From an uncultured delta proteobacterium (GTDB lineage Bacteria > Desulfobacterota > Desulfobacteria > Desulfobacterales > SG8-13), in the NCBI GenBank assembly GCA_963848135.1, contig CAWKCK010000018.1:572938-636937 (forward strand): DNA of 64,000 nt. Reading direction: 5' to 3'. A program made the position numbers and the translations under genes. Under the pieces are notes generated by a model, which saw only the letters and a program-made list of their open reading frames with translations, did not search any database and was not told the DNA's origin. Shown here piece after piece: positions 32,569 through 41,058 of the stretch; position 1 is the stretch's first letter, and the number at the start of each line of letters is the position of its first letter.

Positions 32569-32748
32569 TTCGCACCTCTTTTCAGAAAGGCTGATTTGGC
32601 TATATCACAACTTTTTTTATTGTCCTTTAAACCTTTGAAGTGCTGGAGGTATCTGAAGTGAGAAAAAAAGTTATTCCAGTTCAATTTTATTCCAAATCAT
32701 TGACATACGTTTACCCCTTCCACAATCGATTATCTCTTAATTTTTCGT

Positions 32749-33216
32749 CTACCTCCTTTTTAATGTTAAAGTTCGAGTTGTTGTTGCTCCTTTTTCTTTC
32801 CACAATCTTATTATCACTATTTCGTTACCATCTTGCCTGATCTCTGCTTGACTGGGTGCCCAAATAGGATTCCATGTCGCAGAATTTTCAACGTCATAAA
32901 AGTAAACCTCATCAATCACATTACCATTTATTTTTCCTTTTATTTTTTCTTTATTCTTTCCAGCGAACCTATCTCCATTTAATAGATAAATTCCCACAAA
33001 TTGATTACCATTCTGCGAAATCTTTACAATGTCTTCTAAAGTTCCCCATCCACCAGTATCAAAAGCTGAATTCCATTCTCCATTTAGATCGTAAACCACT
33101 TGCCCGCTTTCTAATTTTACCGTATTTGGCATTCCCTCCTTGAGTGGATTGTCCATTTGGGCTCCTACCGTAGATGACAGAATGCAAAATACCAAAAACA
33201 ATATCCCCTTTTTCAT
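32749..33216 (-). CDS. Hypothetical exported protein
   Basis: 155 aa; signal peptide; GAGGAGG RBS. Confidence 0.65.
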   Translation of the reverse strand: MKKGILFLVFCILSSTVGAQMDNPLKEGMPNTVKLESGQVVYDLNGEWNSAFDTGGWGTLEDIVKISQNGNQFVGIYLLNGDRFAGKNKEKIKGKINGNVIDEVYFYDVENSATWNPIWAPSQAEIRQDGNEIVIIRLWKEKGATTTRTLTLKRR

Positions 33217-33493
33217 AACGCCCCTCCTCTTAGTGATGCAGGTACAAGGTTACCAAATCACAAAGAACACGGGTTGCTAATTCGGCTTCAATGTCGGTCT
33301 TTTTAGAGATTATCCATGTCTCTGGAAACTAATTTTTGGGTACGTATAAACAATGATATCAATAATATATCAGGCTGGAATAAAGGTGAGCTGGAACTGA
33401 GAAAGCACCAGTAGGAGAGGGTATGCGCCATGCACAGAAACTATAGGTAGTCTCAGCCTGATGAAGCATTGAAGAATGATTTAACCTTATTTA

Positions 33494-35013
33494 CTCAACT
33501 TTCTGGATTAGATTTGCGAGGCAGAATTATGGTCTAATTATTTGAAATCATGAAGAAATAAATTGAAGAGCCCCGTCTTTTGATTTATAATGGATTTGGC
33601 ATAATTCATAATAATATCAAAAAGAAAGGGCTCAAATGGACCATACCAACATTGCCTCCGAATCTCAAGGAAACATTCACGTTCAAAGCAAAATTGATGA
33701 CTTTTTCGACCGATTCAGACTGGGCACCCTTCTGCACCGCTGTGGGGTACGAAAACGCCACGGTCATAGTGTTCGCTCTTTGACACAAGCCATATTCACA
33801 CTGCCATTTGTCGGTCAGAACTTCTTCCGCGGCATTGTTATCAACCAGGATCTTCCCTTCGGCAAAGATGCGGCCTATCAGTTGCTTAAAGGAACAACCT
33901 ATAACTGGCGTCGATTGCTTCTTTGCCTCGGACGTCGTCTGTTCGCTTTTTTCGACAGGCTAACAAGCAAAGATAGAGAAACGGTTCTCATCATTGATGA
34001 CAGTCCTTACGATCGCTCCAGATCCAAAATGGTTGAACTGCTGTGCCGCGTCTGGGATCATAGTACGGGCCGTTATTTGAGAGGCTTTCGGATGCTCACC
34101 GTATGCTGGTCCGACGGTGCCAGTTGCCTGCCGTTGGACTTCTCCCTGCTCTCCTCGGCCGATTCGAAAAAGCGTTTGTGCGGCAGTCAAAAACCTTTGG
34201 ATAAACGCTGCTGTGCGCATCAACGCAGAAAAGAGGCGACGGTTAAGGCCACCGCGCATCTTGAAAACATGGTCAAACGCATACGGTCTGCTGGTATCTG
34301 TGCAAACTATCTTCTGATGGACAGCTGGTTCACGATGCCCGCTACCGTTACGGCCTTGGCAGAACATATTGATGTCGTCGGCATGGTGAAAAAGTCCTCC
34401 AAGATTTTCTACCGCTACAACGGGCATGCCATGGATCTGATGAATATCTATGGCAAATTGAAGAAACGACGGGGACGGGCCAAGGTATTGGCCAGCACCC
34501 TGGTGCAACTCAAAGATGGTCGGCAGGTTAAACTGGTCTTTGTCCGGGATAAACGCAAAAAGGACTGGCTGGCGCTGCTAACAACCGATATCAGTCTGCC
34601 CGATGCAGATGTTGTCCGCATCTACGGTAAGCGTTGGGATATCGAAGTGTTCTTCAAAATGGCCAAACAACATTTAAAACTGGCCAAAGAAATCCAGTGC
34701 CGTGACTTTGACGCCCTGATTGCTCATACGTCCATCGTGTTCATGCGGTATATGTTTTTGGCCTATCAGTGCCGAACCGAGACAGATCATCGAACTTTTG
34801 GAGAGCTTTTTTACCTCTGCTGTGATGAAGTCAGTGATATCTCGTTCATTGAGGCGCTTTACCGGATTTTGACTCTGGCGAGCAATCAATTGAGAAATCT
34901 TGGCAACTTCTGTGAAAAAACAGCATCGGCATTCTTTGATGCTATCATGGACACCGCGCTGCAGTGTGTCGGCTTGTCAAAGAACAACTTGGCTACGAAC
35001 ACCGAAAGTTGAG
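33494..35013 (+). mobile_element. IS4-superfamily element (IS701/ISH3-like), intact
   Basis: IRs ctcaactttc / gaaagttgag; 7-bp TSD TTATTTA. Confidence 0.9.
33636..35012 (+). CDS. DDE transposase
   Basis: IIDDS, LMDSWF and YGKRWDIEVFFK motifs. Confidence 0.93.
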   Translation: MDHTNIASESQGNIHVQSKIDDFFDRFRLGTLLHRCGVRKRHGHSVRSLTQAIFTLPFVGQNFFRGIVINQDLPFGKDAAYQLLKGTTYNWRRLLLCLGRRLFAFFDRLTSKDRETVLIIDDSPYDRSRSKMVELLCRVWDHSTGRYLRGFRMLTVCWSDGASCLPLDFSLLSSADSKKRLCGSQKPLDKRCCAHQRRKEATVKATAHLENMVKRIRSAGICANYLLMDSWFTMPATVTALAEHIDVVGMVKKSSKIFYRYNGHAMDLMNIYGKLKKRRGRAKVLASTLVQLKDGRQVKLVFVRDKRKKDWLALLTTDISLPDADVVRIYGKRWDIEVFFKMAKQHLKLAKEIQCRDFDALIAHTSIVFMRYMFLAYQCRTETDHRTFGELFYLCCDEVSDISFIEALYRILTLASNQLRNLGNFCEKTASAFFDAIMDTALQCVGLSKNNLATNTES

Positions 35014-35090
35014 TTATTTATTTCAATTTTTAGAATAGAGTCAAGAAAAATGAATATGCTGGTAAAAGAATCATTCTTTTCGGTTGAGCT

Positions 35091-35198
35091 TTCTTGCCAA
35101 TAGACTAATTATCGAAAATTGCGTCAAGTATCACGATACCGTCTGGCTAAATTCAGGAAATTCGCTGATTGATAGATGCCGAAAAATAGCAGATAATT
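35091..35198. repeat. ~140-bp intergenic repeat, copy R6, cut by IS481
   Basis: TTCTTGCCAATAG..ACGATACCGTCTGGC..AGGAAAT..TAGCAGA. Confidence 0.75.
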
Positions 35199-35374
35199 TG
35201 TAGTAATTCAGACTTGATCTGACAGTTACCGATTTTGAGGCGGTGTCTGTCAGCTCAAAATCAGGCTACAAACTTTTCTTGCCACTAGCGGTAACAAAAT
35301 GAGAATTGACCAATAGAGGGTAACCGGTCATTATCTGTCTGATTTTTCTGCAACTTTCAGAAAGGAGGCAGAAA

Positions 35375-36541
35375 ATGGCCAGCGTTGATATTTTATACTC
35401 AAACCCTAACCACGTCCACGGTTGCCACCCGCAGAGCCGCCAAAGTCATTTAGAATCTATTGATTTAACCTCACAGCACCAAGTCACCCAGGCCGCACTA
35501 AACTCGTTTTATCCATCAAGTGCAAGCCGGACCGATAGCCGCGGCGTCACCCTGGGCAAGGTTTTTCGCCGGCTTAATCGCTGCAGCTACCCGGGTAAAC
35601 AGCCACTGACCGAATGGATACTTTATAAATACCGGCGCGGCTGCAAGCCGGTAACCCTGGCCACCAATTGCGGCTTTATTGTGCCCTTTTTGGTGTTTAT
35701 CGGCCAAATGGGCAAGACCGGTGTCGAGCAGATCAACAAGAAAGATCTGGAAGCCTACATCGAACGCCAGCAAGACCGCGGTCTAAAACCGCTGACCATT
35801 GATGGCACTTTAAGGAGCATCTACGCTTTTATCGGCTATCTGGTTGAAGCTGATCTTTTGCCAGCCGATCTGCTGGTAAAAAAAATCCGGATCCAGGTGC
35901 CCAAGCCGCTGCCCCGGGCGATGGATCCGATCGATAGCCAGCGTCTTTTGGCCACGATTGACAACATCCGTGACCGGTCCCTGATCCTGTTGCTGCTTCG
36001 AACCGGAATGCGCATCGGCGAGCTTTTAAACACCCGTGTCGATGATCTCAATCTGGTCGACCAGAAGATCTTCATTATGATCGGAGAGAAAAATCGTCTG
36101 GGCCGCGCGGTGTGTATCAGCGATGATGCCTGCAGCGCTTTAAAGGCTTGGCTGCGCATCCGCGATAGCAGTCAGAAGTATTTGTTCTATGGGCTAAGGC
36201 GTCAACCGTTGGGGTATTCGCGTTCGCGTGACATACTGCGATCCTATCTTAAAAAGGCCGGCCTTGCTCACAAAGGATATACGTTGCATTGCCTGCGGCA
36301 CACCTTTGCCACCGATCTTTTAAATGCCGGCATGCGCCTTGAGTGTCTGCAGCAGTTGCTGGGGCACAGCAGCCTGGAGATGACCCTACGCTATGCCCGG
36401 CTGACCGATAAAACCCGGGAAGAAGAATACTATAAAGCCATGTCACGCATCGAAAAAGGAGCCGTCGATGAACATCACCGATTCGATCATCAACTACCGC
36501 CGATATTTGAAAAGACGCAACTGTTCAGCCAGCACGGTTAG
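35375..36541 (+). CDS. Tyrosine recombinase A
   Basis: TGMRIGE, K, HCLRH, LGH..RY: full catalytic set. Confidence 0.92.
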   Translation: MASVDILYSNPNHVHGCHPQSRQSHLESIDLTSQHQVTQAALNSFYPSSASRTDSRGVTLGKVFRRLNRCSYPGKQPLTEWILYKYRRGCKPVTLATNCGFIVPFLVFIGQMGKTGVEQINKKDLEAYIERQQDRGLKPLTIDGTLRSIYAFIGYLVEADLLPADLLVKKIRIQVPKPLPRAMDPIDSQRLLATIDNIRDRSLILLLLRTGMRIGELLNTRVDDLNLVDQKIFIMIGEKNRLGRAVCISDDACSALKAWLRIRDSSQKYLFYGLRRQPLGYSRSRDILRSYLKKAGLAHKGYTLHCLRHTFATDLLNAGMRLECLQQLLGHSSLEMTLRYARLTDKTREEEYYKAMSRIEKGAVDEHHRFDHQLPPIFEKTQLFSQHG

Positions 36542-37355
36542 AAGTTATTTGAGCCACCTGAAGCAGTTAATCATCTGGCTCGATGAGCCCATCGAGCTCG
36601 TCGGTCATAAAAAAATTACTTCCTATGTCGATTATCTTCTCGGCAATAAACTGGCGCCGAAGACCATCAACTGCCACCTGGGAAGCATGCACAGCTTTTA
36701 CAGTTATCTAGTCGATCAAGAAGAACTTCAGATCACCAATCCGATCAAAAAGGGCTACCACCTGCGCCTGGCCCGGCCTTTGCCAAAACACCTGCAGGAT
36801 GAGCAGGTGGCCAGTTTGTTCAGCATAATAAAAAGTCGTCGCGATCGGGCCATGTTCATGCTGATGCTGCGCTGCGGTCTAAGGGTGAAAGAAGTGGCCA
36901 ACCTGACTATCGATGCCGTCGACTGGCGCCGCAGACGCTTGTATGTCTACCATGGCAAAGGCGATAAGGACCGGGTCGTCTACATCAGTGATGACACCTA
37001 CGCTGCGCTGGTTGCCTATGTAAAACAACGATTGGGCAGTCGCGTGAAGAAGATCTTTCTGGTAGAAAAAGGCGTCTACAAGAGCAAGCCCTTATCTACA
37101 CGCGGTATCCGCAAGCGTATAGAGTACTACTCGAAAAAGTCGGGTGTAAACGTGTCCTGCCATCAGCTCAGGCATACGATGGCCACCCAGCTGCTCAACG
37201 CCGATGCGGATCTGGTGACTATACAGGATCTTTTAGGCCATACCCGCATCAAGACCACCCAGCGCTATTGCCGGGTGTGCAACCTGAAGGTTCAACGTGA
37301 TTACTTTAAGGCGATGGAGGTGGTGATGAGACGCGCTGTAGGTTCGTCCCCCTAA
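36468..37355 (+). CDS. Tyrosine recombinase B
   Basis: CGLRVKE, GKGDKDR, HQLRH, LGH..RY. Confidence 0.92.
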   Translation: MNITDSIINYRRYLKRRNCSASTVRSYLSHLKQLIIWLDEPIELVGHKKITSYVDYLLGNKLAPKTINCHLGSMHSFYSYLVDQEELQITNPIKKGYHLRLARPLPKHLQDEQVASLFSIIKSRRDRAMFMLMLRCGLRVKEVANLTIDAVDWRRRRLYVYHGKGDKDRVVYISDDTYAALVAYVKQRLGSRVKKIFLVEKGVYKSKPLSTRGIRKRIEYYSKKSGVNVSCHQLRHTMATQLLNADADLVTIQDLLGHTRIKTTQRYCRVCNLKVQRDYFKAMEVVMRRAVGSSP

Positions 37356-37444
37356 ATTCTCTTGACAAAGGCACAATTATGATAAATCATAGCAATACTT
37401 AACCTACTAATATAAATTGAAAAATCAGAATTTGTTACCGCTAG

Positions 37445-38462
37445 CTTGCCATATATTCTTCCCATCTTCAAGTGTTTCCATCGGTGTTCGTCCGCAACAC
37501 ATCTTACCTTGATGTGTTCGCTCGTGGTTGTATTTAAATAGCCAATCATCCAGATCAGCCTGTAGCGTTTCGATATCCCGGTATATTTTCTTGCGGAATG
37601 TCACCTGATAAAAATCCTGCAGAATGGTCTTATGAAAGCGCTCACAGATTCCGTTGGTTTGCGGAGATCTGACCTTGGTTTTAGTGTGGTCGATATCATT
37701 GATGGCCAGATACAGCTGGTAATCATGGGTTTCGGCTTTGCCGCAGTATTCTGTGCCTCTGTCCGTCAGGATTCGAAGTAAAGGCAACTGGTGCTCTTCA
37801 TAGAAGGGTAAAACCCGATCGTTTAGCAGATCGGCGGCAGTTATAGGTGTCTTGGTGGTGTAAAGGTTGGCAAAGCCCACCTTGGCATAGGTGTCGATAA
37901 AAGTCTGTTGATAGATCCGTCCTACGCCCTTTAGTGTACCCACGTAGAATGTATCTTGCGAACCCAAATAGCCCGGATGGGCGGTCTCGATTTCACCGCA
38001 CGCCTCATTGTCCTGCTTTTTGCGCTCAAGGGCCTGGATCTGGCTCTCGGTGAGGATCAGCTTCTCCTTGGCCATCTTTTCCTCAAGTGCCCGTAGTCGA
38101 TCCTTAAAACGGCCCAACCGATGCCGTAGCCAGACACAGCGGACACCGCTGGGGGAAATAAAAACGCCTTTTTTTCTCAGCTCGTTGCTGGCCCGGACCT
38201 GGCCGTGGGCAGGTTCTTCGACGGCATATTCAACAACGGCCGCTTCAGTCTGTTCATCGATCCGATTCTTTAAATTGGGACGGCGGCGATCTTTGCTGAT
38301 CAGAGCGTCTACACCACCCTCGTCAACGGCGGCTTTGTATCGGTAAAACGTATCTCTGGACAGCCCCATAATACGACAGGCTTAGGATACATTACCCAGT
38401 TCTTCGGCCAAATTTAAAAGTCCAATCTTGTGTTTGATGATGGATTTGTTACCATGCAGCAT
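37445..38462 (-). pseudogene. IS481 transposase with a nonsense codon near the N-terminus and a split C-terminus
   Basis: MLHGNKSIIKHKIGLL..NVS*ACRIMG; QDTF, TDRGTEY and TNGICERFH motifs. Confidence 0.88.
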
Positions 38463-38636
38463 GAGGGTTACCTCCTGTGGTTTTGAATGGTTTTGGTTTG
38501 GCACCTACCATCAAAACCGGTAACCCTCACTTTTTCAAGTGCGGTGTCAGATTAGGTCTGAACTAATTCATATTATCAGCCACTGGAGTCTCTGTCCCCA
38601 ATCTCAATTGCCTGCAAGACTAAAAGATGCTTCGTC

Positions 38637-38831
38637 CTAATCTGCCCTGAGATCGGAAAATTCCTTTTGTGCTTCTAGGTTATCGCAGAACTGATCAAAA
38701 TGGAAAAACATACAGTGCTCACCGTATGATGATTTGCCATAGAAGTTGCAATGTTTTTGTGCGTTTTTTTCGGTCACATTACAAACAGAAATCATCTTTG
38801 TTTCACAGAAATTTTTTCTGGAGATCTGCAT
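38637..38831 (-). CDS. Small Cys-rich hypothetical protein
   Basis: 64 aa ORF with several Cys; GGAGG RBS nearby; co-oriented with neighbours. Confidence 0.4.
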   Translation of the reverse strand: MQISRKNFCETKMISVCNVTEKNAQKHCNFYGKSSYGEHCMFFHFDQFCDNLEAQKEFSDLRAD

Positions 38832-38852
38832 TCATGCCACCTCCCTCCTCTT

Positions 38853-39047
38853 TCAGTGATTTGTAACGCGAACCTTGGGATTAGCCTTTGCCAATAATTT
38901 GAGTGTTACCTCATTGATTAGTTTATTCTCATTTGTGTCGACAACATCAATAACCGTCTCCATTAAGTCGTAAAGTGTTGTCTGAATCTTGATTCGACTT
39001 CGTAGTTTCCGATCTAATTGTAGGCACTTGGTCAGAATAGCTTCCAT
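38853..39047 (-). CDS. Small hypothetical protein
   Basis: GAGGTG RBS; 64 aa. Confidence 0.5.
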   Translation of the reverse strand: MEAILTKCLQLDRKLRSRIKIQTTLYDLMETVIDVVDTNENKLINEVTLKLLAKANPKVRVTNH

Positions 39048-39066
39048 TTTGTCACCTCTAAAAACA

Positions 39067-39336
39067 TCAATTTACCAGCTCTTTGTTCAGAAATTCATGA
39101 AGCTTACACCCGGGCTGATCAATTACAGGATCTGCCTTTACATATGAGTCAATTAGATCTTCTTTGCTGGTTTTTAGTAATAAAATATCGATTGAGATAT
39201 CGATATATTCCTGAGCACTAAGGTTTTGGAAGACATCCCCTATCTGCTTGCAGTATTTATCTAAGAGCGCGATCCGTTCATTGTCTTCTACTACTTTAAG
39301 CTTTTTTAGAACAGGTGCTTTTGCTGAATCCCTCAT
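39067..39336 (-). CDS. Hypothetical protein
   Basis: GAGG RBS; 89 aa. Confidence 0.45.
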   Translation of the reverse strand: MRDSAKAPVLKKLKVVEDNERIALLDKYCKQIGDVFQNLSAQEYIDISIDILLLKTSKEDLIDSYVKADPVIDQPGCKLHEFLNKELVN

Positions 39337-39794
39337 CTTCTTCCTCTCTACTTGTGAATCATTGTTAGAGTTTCATGTTACCGATTTGTTTCAATCTCTT
39401 CCCTATGATCTACGTATTTTGAATGTTTTCAATATGTTTAGGGGTTTTGAGGTTTGAAAATCAGAACAAATACAAGACAAACTTGAGGTTTATAACTCAA
39501 TAAGAGTGTGGATTTTCACCCATGAATTAAACTAAATATATTTGAAGTAGGATTGTATACTCAAGAATTTAGTGGCAATTAATCAATAGCCTTTCGGTCA
39601 GATCGAACATATAATGTCAATAATTTCGGACCGTTGTTATAATGTATTAATAATGTTTATAATGAATATAATATTAGGTAGATATAATTATGCAGAGATG
39701 TAATTCTTTATTATTATTGACAAATTAGATTGCGTTTTAATAGTTAAGGAATATTATCCCCTCACACTATCTCAAAACCTCACCGGAGATTTCG

Positions 39795-40077
39795 ATGGCA
39801 CTTACAAAGGCAGACCTCGTCCAGTCCCTCACCGATCAAATCGGCTTCACTAAGAACCAATCCTCTCAGATCACCGAAACCCTTCTTGAAGTCATCAAAC
39901 GGACCCTTGCCTCAGTTGAGGATGTCCTTGTAAGCGGGTTTGGTAAGTTTTGTGTGAACGAGAAGGCTGAACCGTAAGGGCAGGAATCCTGCCACTGGTA
40001 ATTCCATGATGCTGAGGCCGAGGAGGGTTGTCACATTCAAGGTGTCTGGGAAACTGAGGAAGAAGATCAACTCTTAA
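39795..40077 (+). pseudogene. ihfA: Integration host factor alpha-like protein, +1 frameshift near 39973
   Basis: MALTKADL..SGFGKF..KAE, then RKGRNPATG..RRVVTFK..INS* in the next frame. Confidence 0.85.
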
Positions 40078-40324
40078 TGCAAAAGGAAGGACTGACTATG
40101 GATAGGTCCGATCTTTTTTAGATCTGGAGTATGGATTACAACGAAAAGAAAAAGGGGATAATGTTTAAAAGAATGAGTGTGGACTGTTGCAAACTGATAA
40201 AAAGATATTACAAGAAATCTGTTAGCAGAGAATAGCTCTGCCTATACTCTCCACTATAATGACTCCGACCTAATCTGACAGCCACCCATAACAGCAAGAA
40301 ACTCTCAAGAAAGAGAAGCAACTT

Positions 40325-40516
40325 ATGACAACAGAAAACAACGAAGTAGTGGTCACCAACATCAAAATGCCGTTTGGATCCATGATTCTGTTTATGGTCA
40401 AACTGGCAATCGCAACAATACCGGCAATGATAATACTTAGTGCGGTTGGTTCAATTACCTTTGGCCTCATCAATTTCTTTTTGAGCGGAACTCCCCTTAA
40501 AATTCAAACGTTTTAA
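40325..40516 (+). CDS. Small membrane protein
   Basis: EVVVTNIKMPFGSMILFMVKLAIATIPA. Confidence 0.6.
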   Translation: MTTENNEVVVTNIKMPFGSMILFMVKLAIATIPAMIILSAVGSITFGLINFFLSGTPLKIQTF

Positions 40517-41058
40517 ATGTTCCGACCTATACTTGAGTTGACAGAATCGGAAAACGAGTCAGGACATCGATTGACATTATGATATCCCAACTATCTGAGA
40601 GTTTCACAAAGTTTATATATGTTTGAGTAATCTTGATTTTTATTTGCAACAATTCCGGTGCAAATAGATTGATCTTATCTAGATTAAAAGGGAAAAAGGC
40701 CAACTACCAGGTGTTGTGGTTGGCCTTCAATTTTTTCGTGGTTTTAAACTTTTCACTTAATAAAAGCAGATTTGCCTGGTTTTACAAATAGTGAAGAATG
40801 GTTTGGCTGTCTGTTACCATGGCAGCCAAGAACAATCATATGAGGTGGATCGGCCTAAAAAGGTAGGCACGCATCGTCTCATTGCGATACCTGGCAGAGC
40901 AGAATTTCGTCCTGCCCCAAAAGGGGCTTCAGTTCCGAGTAGATTTGAGTAGACCCGACAATAAAAAGAACTGTTGTCTGGCCCCTGGATATTGTTTTCA
41001 CTCCTGTTAAAAATTAGCGACCCAGCCGAAAACAACGAGGTCTATAAAAAAGAAAACG

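Larger units (their letters stand above)
35285..37444 (+). mobile_element. 2160-bp element with two tyrosine recombinases
   Basis: Perfect 14-bp TIRs ctagcggtaacaaa / tttgttaccgctag; flanking direct repeat CTTGCCA (35278-35284, 37445-37451). Confidence 0.92.
35199..38570 (-). mobile_element. IS481-family element interrupted by the two-recombinase element
   Basis: ~26-bp IRs tgtagtaattcagacttgatctgaca / tgtcagattaggtctgaactaattca; the last codons WQEKFVA* lie at ~35261-35284. Confidence 0.88.

Noticed and set aside
35192..38577. Target duplication for IS481
   Set aside because: The flanks gataatt and tattatc are not direct repeats.
40268..40283. gacctaatctgaca, resembling the IS481 end
   Set aside because: An isolated 14-mer with no transposase or partner end.
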